A stretch of 64,000 nucleotides of DNA from Dehalococcoidia bacterium. GTDB taxonomy: Bacteria; Chloroflexota; Dehalococcoidia; Lucifugimonadales; Australimonadaceae. Positions 1 to 9,878 of this stretch are shown here, piece after piece (position 1 is the stretch's first letter; every line of letters begins with the position of its first letter). The position numbers were made by a program, and so were the translations under genes. The notes under the pieces were generated by a model. That model made no database searches and was not told where the DNA came from. It worked only from the letters and a program-made list of their open reading frames with translations. The stretch spans positions 95,252 through 159,251 of the forward strand of contig JAJEFD010000018.1 in NCBI GenBank assembly GCA_022820645.1, written 5' to 3'.

Positions 1-96
1 AAGGGACTGCGCATGCTCAACGAGATACGGGAGCGCGCCCGCACCGGCTAGACGAACGCTTCCAACGGAGTCGCCACGTCAGGGGCGCCGCGAGTA

Positions 97-1377
97 TCAG
101 ACCTTCGGCGGCTCCGACGGTGCTTCCGGCGCAGCGATGGGGCCCCGCTTGCGGTGCTTTCCCGCCGTCTCCACGGCGAGGTAGGCGAACACCACCACAG
201 TCACCGTCCAGAGCACCGCGTTGAACCCGAACGCCGCATGGTAGGAGTGTATGGAGAGGAGGCTCATGGAGACCACCGGGCCGATCATCCCCGCTGCGTC
301 GCCGAACGTCCGGAAGAGCCCTATCGCCATGCCCCGCATCCCCATAGGGGCGAGGTCGGCAACGTAGGCGACAGGCGCCTGGCCGCTCCACCCCTGGGCG
401 ATGTGCAGCAGGAAGAACGCAGCGAGGAACGGCCCCAGCGTGTCCGCGAACGGCACCCAGGCAATGGCGACGCCTATCACGAGACCCGCCGGAATGATGA
501 TGACCTTCCGCCCGTACTTGTCCGCCATCGCCCCTGCCGGGTAGATGAGTATCCCGTGCATGAGCGAAGAGAACGTGAAGAGCAGTCCGATGGCCCCCGG
601 CCCCATCTCCAGGACTTCGTGTACGAACGCCGGCACCAGCGTCGTAAACATGCCCCCACGCAGGAAGAACGTGGAGAATCCGAGGATGCAAACCATGAGG
701 AAGCTCGTGTCCCGCAACAGGAAGAGCGCGCCACGCGGCGAGTTGCTGTGGCGGATGTGGGGGCCCGCCTCTGCGCTGCCAGGTTCAGGGCGCGTCTCCG
801 GGAGCCGCACGATACCCCACAGCGCGAACACGAGCACCATGATGCCGGAGACGTAGAACGGCGCACGCGTTCCGAACAACTCGCCTATCAGCCCGCCGAG
901 CGCAGGGCTGCCCGTCCCCACGACAAGTTGCAGCCCGTGCATCAGCCCCAGCACGCGTCCGCGGTTGTCCACCGTGCTCAGGTCCGCCGCGACGACGTTC
1001 GCCATCACGATAGTCATGGAGCTCGCCACGCCGCTCAGGAACCGGAGCATGAGGAACGTCGGGACGTCCTGAGCGAAGCCGCCCAGTGTAGCGAACAGTG
1101 CAACCCCCAGCCCGCCGATGGTGATGATCCACTTCCGCCCCACCTTCTCCGATATGACGCCTGCCGGGATGTTCGTGATGAAGCGTCCGACACCGTAGAC
1201 GGAGAACGTAAGGCCGAGCGCAAAGACGCCGCCGCCGATCAGGTCGATGAACTTCGGCATCACGGGGGTGATAATCATCATCGAGGCGTGGGCAGACGCG
1301 ATGAGCCCGCCGGTGATGATGACCAGCTCCAGCCGGAGTCCGCCGGTGATGCCGCGTTTCGAGGGTAAGAGCCGCAT
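97..1377 (-). CDS. MFS transporter
   Basis: 426-aa ORF that is hydrophobic throughout. It has MFS loop motifs (EKVGRKWIIT after TM2, DKYGRK in the second half). GC-rich third codon positions. Confidence 0.85.
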   Translation of the reverse strand: MRLLPSKRGITGGLRLELVIITGGLIASAHASMMIITPVMPKFIDLIGGGVFALGLTFSVYGVGRFITNIPAGVISEKVGRKWIITIGGLGVALFATLGGFAQDVPTFLMLRFLSGVASSMTIVMANVVAADLSTVDNRGRVLGLMHGLQLVVGTGSPALGGLIGELFGTRAPFYVSGIMVLVFALWGIVRLPETRPEPGSAEAGPHIRHSNSPRGALFLLRDTSFLMVCILGFSTFFLRGGMFTTLVPAFVHEVLEMGPGAIGLLFTFSSLMHGILIYPAGAMADKYGRKVIIIPAGLVIGVAIAWVPFADTLGPFLAAFFLLHIAQGWSGQAPVAYVADLAPMGMRGMAIGLFRTFGDAAGMIGPVVSMSLLSIHSYHAAFGFNAVLWTVTVVVFAYLAVETAGKHRKRGPIAAPEAPSEPPKV

Positions 1378-1459
1378 GGCCTACGAATCGCTCACGGCGT
1401 ACATGCCCGTGAGCGGCCCGCGGCCCTTCGCGCCCGGATGCTTCCTCGTACCGATGCGG

Positions 1460-4153
1460 CTAGCCTCCCAGGTCTCGGAGCAGCTCGGTGATGCGTTCCA
1501 GCCTGGCGCGCCCGTTCTCCAACCGCTCGCGCTCGCGCTCCACCACCTCCGCAGGCGCCTTGTCCAGGAACTGTGCGTTGTTCAGACGGCCCTCCAGCCC
1601 TGAGACGTGCTTCTCCACACTCGCCGCTTCCCCGCGGAGGCGCTCCCGCTCCGCCTCCAGATCCACCGAGCCTCCTACGTCGAGGGCCACGGTCACGTCC
1701 CTTACCACGAGGCGGACGGTGTCCCGGCCCGCATCAGCATCGCTGAACCGCAGCGCGCCGACACGCGCGAGGCTGCGGATGGCGTCCATCTCGGTCTCCA
1801 GCACGGCCGCTGCCCGCGACGCGGCTACCGTGGCGTCCAGCAGCGTCTGCGGCTCTATCTTGAGTTCGGCGCGCACGTTGCGGATGGCCCGCACGAGGTC
1901 GATCAGCAGTTCCACTTCCTCGGAGGCAGGAGCGTCGGCGTCCCGGCGTGCCCGCAGTTCCTCGTCGGATAGGCGCGCTTTCGGGTCCGGGTACGGAGCA
2001 ATCATGATGGACTCGGGCAGGTTGCCCTCCGGCGGCAGGACCGCGGTGAGGCGCTGCCATATCTCCTCAGTGACGAACGGCATGAAGGGATGGAGCAGGC
2101 GCAGCACGCGCTCCAGCACGTGCGCGAGCACCCGGCGAGGCTGATCGTCGCCAGTGCGCATCCGCACCTTCGCCAGTTCGATGTACCAGTCGGCGAAGTC
2201 GCTCCAGATGAACTCGTGGAGGACACGCTCCGCCTCGCCTATCTGGAACTCGGCGATGAGGTCGTTCACACGGACGGCGGTCTGCTGCGCCCTGGAGAGC
2301 ATCCACCTGTCCTGCCGGTGCTCACGCGGCGGCGTGGCGTACCACCCCTCCATGCCTTCCCGTCCCTCCGTCTGGCCGATGACGAACCTGCCAACATTCC
2401 ACAGTTTGTTTGCGAAGTTGCGCGCCGCCTCCAAGCGGTCGTCGCTGAAGCGGGAGTCGTTGCCGGGCGTCGTGCCGGTCGTCAACGCGAAACGCAGGGC
2501 GTCGGTCCCGTACTGGTCGATGGCGTCCAATGGGTCGCGGACGTTCCCCCGCGTCTTGCTCATCTTCTGTCCGTGCTCGTCGCGCACGAGGCCGTGCAGG
2601 TAGACGGTACGGAAGGGAACGTCCCCCATGTTCCACATCCCCATCATGATCATGCGGGCTACCCAGAAGAAGAGTATGTCGTAGCCCGTCTCCATGACGG
2701 AGGTGGGATAGAAGTAGTCGAGGTCAGCGTTATCCCCAGGCCAGCCGAGCGTGGAGTGCGTCCAGAGGCCGGACGAGAACCAGGTATCGAGCACGTCTTC
2801 GTCCTGCTCGATATCGCCCGAACCGCACCCCTCGCATCCCTGCGGTTCATCCACCGCAACGGTTTGATGGCTGCACGCCCCGCAGTACCAGACCGGGATG
2901 CGGTGTCCCCACCACAGCTGGCGGGAGATGCACCAGTCGCGGATGTTCTCCATCCAGTTCTCATAGACGCGCGCGAAGCGCTCCGGAACGATGCGGATGC
3001 GCCCGTCCTTCACGGCAGCAAGCGCGGGCTCGGCCAGCGGGCCGATCCTGACGAACCACTGCATCGAGACGATGGGCTCCACGGTGTCGCCGCTGCGCTG
3101 GCAGTGACCCACTGCGTGCACGTGCGGCTCCACCTTCTCCAGCAGGCCCTCCCGCTCAAGCTGGGCCACGATCGCCTTGCGCGCGTCGAAGCGGTCGAAG
3201 CCGACGTAGGGGCCCGCCTCCTCGTTCAACGTACCGTCCGGGTTGAGCACGTTCACGATGGGGAGCCCGTGCCGCTCACCTGTCTCGAAGTCGTTGGGGT
3301 CGTGCCCGGGCGTGATCTTGAGCGCCCCGGTGCCGAACTCCGTTGCGACCGCGTCGTCGGCGATGACCGGGATGGGCCGACCGAGCACCGGCAGTCGGAC
3401 GCGCTTGCCCGTAGCTCCCGCGTACCGTTCGTCCGTGGGATTCACCGCGACCGCCGTGTCGCCGAGCAGGGTTTCGGGGCGGGTCGTCGCGACGGTCAGG
3501 TGCCCGGAGCCGTCCTCGTACGGGTAGCGGATGTAGTAGAGGTTGCCCTGCTCCTCCTCGTGCTCGACCTCCAGGTCGGAGAGCGCGGTGCGGCAACTGA
3601 CACACCAGTTGATCATCCGCTCGCCGCGGTAGATGAGTCCTTCGTCGTAGAGATTCTTGAACGTCGTGCGAACGGCGCGGGCCGGACCTTCGTCCAGCGT
3701 AAACGTCTTGCGCTCCCAGTCGCACGACGCGCCAAGCCTGCGGTGCTGGTTGTCTATCGTGTCGCCGGTCTTGTCCACCCACTCCCAGATACGCTTGAGG
3801 AACGCCTCACGTCCGATGTCGTGGCGCGTCAGTTCCTCTGCGGCAAGCTGGCGCTCGACGACGACCTGCGTGGCGATGCCCGCGTGGTCGGTGCCGGGCA
3901 GGTAGAGCGCCGCGTCGCCCTTCATGCGGTGGTAGCGGGTGAGCGCGTCCTCGATCGCCGCTGTCATCGCGTGGCCGAGGTGCAGTTCGCCCGTCACATT
4001 GGGCGGGGGCATGATGATGGTGAACGGTTGTCTGGACGGATCGGGCGTCGCCCTGAAGTAACCGGAACGCTCCCACCATTCATACAGCCTGCCCTCAACC
4101 TGATGGGGATCGTAGGCTTTCGCGAGCGGCTCTCCAGCCGGATCCGTCGTCAT
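1460..4153 (-). CDS. valS: valine--tRNA ligase
   Basis: 897 aa. Class I HIGH-type motif (PNVTGELHLGHA) and KMSKS motif (KMSKT). Length and the C-terminal coiled-coil tail are typical of ValRS. Confidence 0.95.
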   Translation of the reverse strand: MTTDPAGEPLAKAYDPHQVEGRLYEWWERSGYFRATPDPSRQPFTIIMPPPNVTGELHLGHAMTAAIEDALTRYHRMKGDAALYLPGTDHAGIATQVVVERQLAAEELTRHDIGREAFLKRIWEWVDKTGDTIDNQHRRLGASCDWERKTFTLDEGPARAVRTTFKNLYDEGLIYRGERMINWCVSCRTALSDLEVEHEEEQGNLYYIRYPYEDGSGHLTVATTRPETLLGDTAVAVNPTDERYAGATGKRVRLPVLGRPIPVIADDAVATEFGTGALKITPGHDPNDFETGERHGLPIVNVLNPDGTLNEEAGPYVGFDRFDARKAIVAQLEREGLLEKVEPHVHAVGHCQRSGDTVEPIVSMQWFVRIGPLAEPALAAVKDGRIRIVPERFARVYENWMENIRDWCISRQLWWGHRIPVWYCGACSHQTVAVDEPQGCEGCGSGDIEQDEDVLDTWFSSGLWTHSTLGWPGDNADLDYFYPTSVMETGYDILFFWVARMIMMGMWNMGDVPFRTVYLHGLVRDEHGQKMSKTRGNVRDPLDAIDQYGTDALRFALTTGTTPGNDSRFSDDRLEAARNFANKLWNVGRFVIGQTEGREGMEGWYATPPREHRQDRWMLSRAQQTAVRVNDLIAEFQIGEAERVLHEFIWSDFADWYIELAKVRMRTGDDQPRRVLAHVLERVLRLLHPFMPFVTEEIWQRLTAVLPPEGNLPESIMIAPYPDPKARLSDEELRARRDADAPASEEVELLIDLVRAIRNVRAELKIEPQTLLDATVAASRAAAVLETEMDAIRSLARVGALRFSDADAGRDTVRLVVRDVTVALDVGGSVDLEAERERLRGEAASVEKHVSGLEGRLNNAQFLDKAPAEVVERERERLENGRARLERITELLRDLGG

Positions 4154-4267
4154 GCGCAGGGGCTCCAGAACGTGGGGTATCGCGTTTCATGTTAGCAGAC
4201 GCGACGTTCAGCCCGCGCGGGAGACGCGTCGCGCCCCTCTCACACCAGGGGTGCTATCCTGACTCTC

Positions 4268-5488
4268 GTGTCGTCCGCAACGCTCTCACGCCCTGTCTCC
4301 TGGAAGAGGAACCTCATCGCACTGTGGTTCGCACAGGTGGGGACGACCCTCGGCTTCTCGTTCACCTTCCCCTTCTACCCACTGTTCTTCGAGGAGCTGG
4401 GCGGGTTCACCACGGAGCGCGCCGCGTTCTGGGCCGGGCTGGCCGGGTGGGTATTCGGCCTCGGCATGGGGCTTTCCAGCCCCATCTGGGGCGTGCTGGG
4501 TGACCGCTTCGGCCGCAAGCTGAACGTTCTACGCTCATTGATCCTGGGCGGTCTCTTCCTCACCATCTCCGGTTTCTCACAGACGCCGTTCCAGCTCATG
4601 GCTTCCCGGTTCGTCATCGGCGCGACAAGCGGGGTGGTGCCCACCATCATGGCCCTCGTGGCTGCGCACACCCCGAGGGAGCGGCTTCCCTTCGCGGCCG
4701 GCATCGTCCAGTCGGGCCTCTTCGTAGGCGTCGCGCTCGGCCCCTTGTTGGGCGGCATCATCTATGACGCGTGGGGGATGCGGGCGGCCTTCATGGCCAC
4801 CGGGGCAGGGCTCTGGGGTTCCGCACTCATCGTTATCTTCCTCGTACGTGAGGACTTCCACCCGGCGGAGTCTTCGCTTGGCCTGGTCCGGCCATTCGTG
4901 GTCCTCTGGCGGCTGAGCACGTCCCGAGCGATGCTGCCGCTCTACGGTGTCGTGTTCCTCGTGCTGGCCGCACACCTCATGATCCAGCCTGCGGTCCCCG
5001 GGCTCGTGAGTATCGTCGAAGGCGGCTCGGACAGCGGCACCGCGTCCGGCATCGTGTTCGCACTGGGGGGGATCGGGTCCGCCATCTCCGCAGTGGTGAT
5101 GGGCTGGCTCGCCCCCAAGGTCGGGCTACAACGCGTGCTCATGGCAGGAACGGTGCTCGCAGCACTCGCGGCACTCATCCCCTACTTCGCGATCGACTAC
5201 CTCACGCTCGCAGTGGGTTTCACGGCTATCGCCCTCTTTTCCGGAGGCCTCTCAGGGCTCGTGAACGGGCTCATCGCGCTGCGTTCCCCCAGCGGACAGC
5301 ACGGAGCGGCGTTCGGATCGGCGCAACTCGCGCACGCATTCGGTGTGGCGCTGGGACCGCTGGCCGGAGGCGCCATGGTCGTCACCTGGGGACTTCGGAG
5401 CGTCTTCCTGTTCGAAGTGGCCACTTTCGTCCTGATCCTGCTGGCCGTCGCCGCACTGCTCGGCGGCCGCAGCGCCCGGGACGAGTAG
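4268..5488 (+). CDS. MFS transporter
   Basis: 406 aa with about 12 hydrophobic segments and the MFS motif GDRFGRK. GTG start taken from the ORF track. Confidence 0.8.
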   Translation: MSSATLSRPVSWKRNLIALWFAQVGTTLGFSFTFPFYPLFFEELGGFTTERAAFWAGLAGWVFGLGMGLSSPIWGVLGDRFGRKLNVLRSLILGGLFLTISGFSQTPFQLMASRFVIGATSGVVPTIMALVAAHTPRERLPFAAGIVQSGLFVGVALGPLLGGIIYDAWGMRAAFMATGAGLWGSALIVIFLVREDFHPAESSLGLVRPFVVLWRLSTSRAMLPLYGVVFLVLAAHLMIQPAVPGLVSIVEGGSDSGTASGIVFALGGIGSAISAVVMGWLAPKVGLQRVLMAGTVLAALAALIPYFAIDYLTLAVGFTAIALFSGGLSGLVNGLIALRSPSGQHGAAFGSAQLAHAFGVALGPLAGGAMVVTWGLRSVFLFEVATFVLILLAVAALLGGRSARDE

Positions 5489-5526
5489 CGACGGGGAGCC
5501 CACCCTGAGGGGCGTATAATCTCCCC

Positions 5527-6321
5527 ATGCTCCTCACGCTGGACATAGGCAACACCAACATCACCATCGGGGCGTTCGACGGCGACGACCTCGCGGCGAG
5601 CTGGCGGCTCTCCACCGACTCCCGCCGACTCACCGACGAGTACGCTCTGCAACTCCGCGAACTCCTCCCCCTGAAGGGCATCGCGCTGGCTGACGTCACC
5701 GACGCCGCACTCTGCAGCGTCGTGCCTCCGCTCACCGGTGTGTTCGAGGATGTCGCGCGCACCCTCTTCTCCTGCGACCCTATCGTCGTGGGCGCCGGAA
5801 CACGCACCGGTATCCGCATCCTGTACCAGAGCCCGCATGACGTGGGCGCGGACCGCATCGTGGACGCTGCAGCCGCTCTCCACTACTACGGCGGGCCCGC
5901 CATCGTCGTCGACCTCGGCACTGCAACGGTCTTCGACGCCGTGACGGCAGACGGAGACTACCTCGGCGGGGCGATCTCCATCGGCGTCGGGCTGGCGGGG
6001 GACGCGCTCGCTGCGAACACGTCGATGCTGCGCCGCGTCGACCTCACCGCGCCGGAGCACGCCATCGGCAAGAACACCACCGCCTCTATCAACTCCGGCC
6101 TCGTCTTCGGTTTCACCGGGCTCGTCGAGGCGATGGTGCGCCGCTTCCGCGACGAGATGGATGCACCGGATGCGACAGTGGTCGGCACCGGCGGTCTCGT
6201 CCCGATCATCGCGGAGCAGACCCCGGTATTCGACGTGGTCGACCCGGAACTGACCCTGCGCGGCCTGCGCCACATCTTCAACCTGAACCGTGAGCCCGCC
6301 CAGACCGGAGGCGCGCGATGA
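5527..6321 (+). CDS. coaX: type III pantothenate kinase
   Basis: 264 aa. N-terminal LLTLDIGNTNITIG phosphate-binding motif and the overall pattern fit the CoaX family. Its stop overlaps the next start (ATGA). Confidence 0.9.
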   Translation: MLLTLDIGNTNITIGAFDGDDLAASWRLSTDSRRLTDEYALQLRELLPLKGIALADVTDAALCSVVPPLTGVFEDVARTLFSCDPIVVGAGTRTGIRILYQSPHDVGADRIVDAAAALHYYGGPAIVVDLGTATVFDAVTADGDYLGGAISIGVGLAGDALAANTSMLRRVDLTAPEHAIGKNTTASINSGLVFGFTGLVEAMVRRFRDEMDAPDATVVGTGGLVPIIAEQTPVFDVVDPELTLRGLRHIFNLNREPAQTGGAR

Positions 6322-7544
6322 GCGGCCCGTTCCATGGCAAGCGCGTACTCCTGGGCGTGAGCGGCAGCATCGCCGCCTACAAGGCCGCCGACCTCGCCAG
6401 CAAACTCACGCAGGGCGGCGCGAAGGTCGACGTGCTCATGACGTACTCCGCGACCCGGTTCGTAACGCCGCTCACCTTTCGCAGCATCACCCATCGCCCG
6501 GTGCTGACCGACCTGTTCGACCCGGATTCGCCGGAGGCGATAGAGCACGTTGCACTGGCACAAGCCGGGCACATCCTCGTCGTCGCCCCTGCGACGGCCC
6601 ACATGCTCGCGAAGCTCGCGCTCGGCCTGGCCGACGACCCCATCAGCGTGACCGCGCTGGCGACCGGCGCGCCACTGCTCATCGCCCCCGCGATGGACGC
6701 GAACATGTGGGAGCACCCCGCCGTCCGGCAGAACGTGAATACGCTCGTGGAGCGTGGCGCGGTCATCGTGGGGCCTGGCGAGGGGCGGCTCGCCTCCGGC
6801 CTCGTGGGCTGGGGACGGCTCGCCGAGACGCCCGAACTGCTCGGGCGCATCGCGCAGACGCTCGGCGCGAACGGCGACCTGCGCGGGCGGAGCATCGTCG
6901 TCAGCGCGGGGGGCACCCAGGAGCCGCTCGACCCCGTACGTGTGCTCACCAACCGCTCCTCGGGGAAGATGGGCTACGCCATCGCGGAGGCCGCGCGGGA
7001 CCGCGGCGCAGACGTAACGCTCGTAACTGCGCCCGCTGTGCTCGACCCTCCCGTCGGCGTGCGCGTCCAACGGGCCGAGACCGCGGAACAGATGCGCACC
7101 GCCGTCCAGGAGGCCGCCTGCTCCGCTGACGCCCTCGTGATGGCTGCTGCCGTCGCCGACTACCGCCCCACTGAGACCAGCAACGAAAAGATGAAGAAGG
7201 AAACGATGGCCGACCTCGTGCTCGCGCTGGAGCGCACCGAGGACATCATCGCCGCCGTGCCGGACGACATCGTGAAGGTTGCTTTCGCGGCTGAGAGCAG
7301 CGGGTTGCTCGAGAACGCCCGCGCCAAGCTACACTCCAAGGGAGCCGACCTCGTCGCAGCGAACGACATCACTCTCCCTGACGCAGGGTTCGGCTCGGAC
7401 CAGAACAAGGTCTGGCTCGTGGACGAGAGCGGGGACACTGAGCTGCCCCTCATGGCAAAATATGACGTAGCGATGGCAATCCTGGACCGTGTTGCAGCGC
7501 TGCTGGACGCAAATCGTCCCATAGAGAACTCGGAGGAGTGTTAA
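6318..7544 (+). CDS. coaBC: bifunctional phosphopantothenoylcysteine decarboxylase / phosphopantothenate--cysteine ligase
   Basis: 408 aa. N-terminal flavoprotein motif (LLGVSGSIAAYKAADL) plus a C-terminal ligase domain. Coupled to coaX. Confidence 0.9.
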   Translation: MSGPFHGKRVLLGVSGSIAAYKAADLASKLTQGGAKVDVLMTYSATRFVTPLTFRSITHRPVLTDLFDPDSPEAIEHVALAQAGHILVVAPATAHMLAKLALGLADDPISVTALATGAPLLIAPAMDANMWEHPAVRQNVNTLVERGAVIVGPGEGRLASGLVGWGRLAETPELLGRIAQTLGANGDLRGRSIVVSAGGTQEPLDPVRVLTNRSSGKMGYAIAEAARDRGADVTLVTAPAVLDPPVGVRVQRAETAEQMRTAVQEAACSADALVMAAAVADYRPTETSNEKMKKETMADLVLALERTEDIIAAVPDDIVKVAFAAESSGLLENARAKLHSKGADLVAANDITLPDAGFGSDQNKVWLVDESGDTELPLMAKYDVAMAILDRVAALLDANRPIENSEEC

Positions 7545-7840
7545 CTTTGTTCATCATCGCCGCCATCGGGGCACTGATCGCAGGCGGCTTCTTCTATTAC
7601 CGGGCGTACCGCGAGGCCCGTTTGTGGAGGGAAGTGCACGTCGTGTGGGGAGCAGCCCAGAAAGAGAAGGCCGTGGCCATCCACCACGAGTTGACCCAGC
7701 AGGGCATCAGGGCGCAACTCAAGACCACTTCCGCGTTCGACATCACCCGGTCCATGCCCCAGAGTCACGCCTCGATCCGGGTCCGTCGAGAGGACTTCAC
7801 CCGCGCCGCGCAGATCGTCCTCTCGCTGACGAGGGGATAG
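7538..7840 (+). CDS. hypothetical membrane-anchored protein
   Basis: 100 aa. GTG start overlaps the end of coaBC. One N-terminal TM helix (LTLFIIAAIGALIAGGFFYY) followed by a small soluble domain. Codon bias looks coding. Confidence 0.55.
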   Translation: MLTLFIIAAIGALIAGGFFYYRAYREARLWREVHVVWGAAQKEKAVAIHHELTQQGIRAQLKTTSAFDITRSMPQSHASIRVRREDFTRAAQIVLSLTRG

Positions 7841-7848
7841 GTCCCACC

Positions 7849-9402
7849 TCAGCGAGTGCGCGTGTCTTCCGTAACGCGCGGGAGGAGCGCAAGCAGGTCG
7901 CTCGCAAGCATCCCCCCGCTGCCATTCACTGCGCTCCAGCGCTCAGCGGCGGCCCCGTGCAGGTATACCCCTGCCACTGCGGCATCGTAGCGCTCCATCC
8001 CCTGTGCCAGCAGACCGCCGATGATACCGGCGAGCACGTCGCCCGAGCCTGCCGTGGCGAGCGCGGGGTTCGCGAATGGACTGAGCGCAACGCGACCGTC
8101 CGGCGCCGCAACGACCGTATGCGCGCCCTTGAGCACCACCACCAGACCCCACTGCTCCGCCGACGCCATCGCCGCGGCCTTGCGGTCCACCTGCACCTCG
8201 TGCGCGGGCCGTCCGAGCAACCGCCCCATCTCGCCCGGATGCGGCGTCAGGACAGTGGGTACGGCGAGCATCGACGGCCAGCCATAGACATTCGCGAGGA
8301 TGTTCAGCGCGTCTGCGTCCAGAACGACCGGCGTAGGCACCGCAGGCTCGGTGAGCAGCAGCGCACGCAGGAACGCAGCCGACGACTCGTCCGCTCCCAT
8401 GCCTGGCCCGACCACAGCCGCGGAAGCAGCATTCAGCACCTCCCGGGCAGCCCCTGCTGCCCCGGCAGACGCTCCACCATCCGGCGTCTCTGCCAGCGGC
8501 GTGTGTACCTGTTCTATGAGTTGCACCGCCGCGATGCGGCTCACGCTCTCGGGGGCGGCAAGGTTGACGAGCCCCGCTCCCATGCGATACGCCGCCGACG
8601 CCGCCAGCACGGGCGCGCCAACATACTGCCGGTGCCCCCCCACAACGAGTACGTTCCCGAAACTCCCCTTATGGCCGTCCGCAGGGCGGGGCGGCAACAG
8701 GCTACCCGTGAGCGAAGCGTCCACGAGGTCGAGCGGCAGCCCGTAGTCGACGCCTTCCGGCAAGCCGATGGAGAGCGTTTCGAGCGTTCCCACACGTGCG
8801 GCTCCCGGGAACTGCAGCAGGCCAACTTTCGGCGCACCCAGCGCAAGCGTCACGTCTGCGGGGAAGCAGGCGTCGTCGCACTCGCCGGTGTCCGCATCGA
8901 TGCCCGTGGGGAGATCGAGCGCAGCGAACACCGGCCGCTGGGAGTGCGCTTTCATCCCGGCCACCAACTCGAAGATCGCCCGCAGGACCGGGTCGAGGCC
9001 GGGGTGCGCGCCGATGCCGAGCACCGCGTCGAGGACGAGGTCGGCGAGCGAGACGTAGCTTCCCAACTGCCAGCATTCGAGGTCTTCCGACGCCTCAACC
9101 ACACGGCAGCGGCGCTCGCGGCACTCCTCGAACTTGTCTTCCCGCCGCCGCGCTGTCGTCATGTAGAGCGTCACCACAGCTCCCCAGTCCGCCAGGTAAC
9201 GCGCCGCGACCATTCCATCGCCGCCGTTGTTCCCCGGCCCCACCAGTACGACGATGCGCTTGCTCCTGACGCCGTCCAGCCGGTGCGCGATGCTCCGTGC
9301 AACCGCGAGGCCCGCACTCTCCATCAGCGATTCAGCTGAAACCCCTGACTCCGCCGCACGCGACTCCAGCAGCCGCATCTCCTCCGACGTGACGACCTTC
9401 AA
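7849..9402 (-). CDS. nnr: bifunctional NAD(P)H-hydrate repair enzyme (epimerase / ADP-dependent dehydratase)
   Basis: 517 aa. YjeF N-terminal motif (VLVGPGNNGGDGMVAARYLA) plus a C-terminal carbohydrate-kinase-like domain (GSGDVLAGIIGGLLAQG). Confidence 0.9.
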   Translation of the reverse strand: MKVVTSEEMRLLESRAAESGVSAESLMESAGLAVARSIAHRLDGVRSKRIVVLVGPGNNGGDGMVAARYLADWGAVVTLYMTTARRREDKFEECRERRCRVVEASEDLECWQLGSYVSLADLVLDAVLGIGAHPGLDPVLRAIFELVAGMKAHSQRPVFAALDLPTGIDADTGECDDACFPADVTLALGAPKVGLLQFPGAARVGTLETLSIGLPEGVDYGLPLDLVDASLTGSLLPPRPADGHKGSFGNVLVVGGHRQYVGAPVLAASAAYRMGAGLVNLAAPESVSRIAAVQLIEQVHTPLAETPDGGASAGAAGAAREVLNAASAAVVGPGMGADESSAAFLRALLLTEPAVPTPVVLDADALNILANVYGWPSMLAVPTVLTPHPGEMGRLLGRPAHEVQVDRKAAAMASAEQWGLVVVLKGAHTVVAAPDGRVALSPFANPALATAGSGDVLAGIIGGLLAQGMERYDAAVAGVYLHGAAAERWSAVNGSGGMLASDLLALLPRVTEDTRTR

Positions 9403-9782
9403 GAGAGACGCCCCACTACCGACGCCACGGCATACGCGCGCGAATGCGACAGGCTCACCGCCAGGCGGTCTATCCCGAGCTTCCGGGCCCGAGCGTCCGC
9501 CCTGCCGTGGAGAGCTATCTCCGGCTCGCCGCTGCGCTTCCGCGTCACCTCCACCTCACGCCACCCGACGCCACGTGTGCCGGTCCCAAGCGCCTTCATC
9601 GTTGCCTCTTTCGCAGCGAAGCGCGCGGCAAGTTGCGGCGCACGCCCGCGACAGTATGCAATCTCGCTCTCCGTGTAGACGCGCTCCAGGAACCGGGTTC
9701 CGAAACGCTCCAGCGCCGCCGCGATGCGGTCGATCTCGATCACGTCCACGCCGACGGAGATATCCTGCACCTTCCCCTCCAA
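9399..9782 (-). CDS. acpS: holo-[acyl-carrier-protein] synthase
   Basis: 127 aa. GVDVIEIDRI and the family-typical length. Its stop overlaps the nnr start by 4 nt. Confidence 0.9.
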   Translation of the reverse strand: MEGKVQDISVGVDVIEIDRIAAALERFGTRFLERVYTESEIAYCRGRAPQLAARFAAKEATMKALGTGTRGVGWREVEVTRKRSGEPEIALHGRADARARKLGIDRLAVSLSHSRAYAVASVVGRLS

Positions 9783-9878
9783 CTACAACCGATGGCTGTG
9801 GTCAGCGCACCGCATCATATCAGCCCCTGCGTTCACCGGCTGCTATCATCTGACGTATCCCCACAGGAGGCGAAGTAC

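Noticed and set aside
1-51. An open frame from the window edge to the TAG at 49-51, possibly the 3' end of a truncated plus-strand gene.
   Set aside because: Only 16 codons are visible. This cannot be supported as a feature.
2090-4195. A 701-aa ORF antisense to valS. Similar long antisense or out-of-frame ORFs include 154..1368, 5197..6273, 11381..12991, 17634..18680, 18620..19771, 37218..38600, 37811..39727, 49714..51525 and 61796..63625.
   Set aside because: They overlap genes with unmistakable family motifs and have Arg/Ala/Gly/Pro-rich, low-complexity translations with no recognisable motifs. They are the expected stop-codon-poor shadows of a high-G+C genome.
4154-4267. T-box or other leader upstream of valS. 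The same question applies to argS at 39983-40093.
   Set aside because: The spacers (about 110 nt, shared with divergent genes) are too short for a T-box. I could not find specifier or T-box core sequences.
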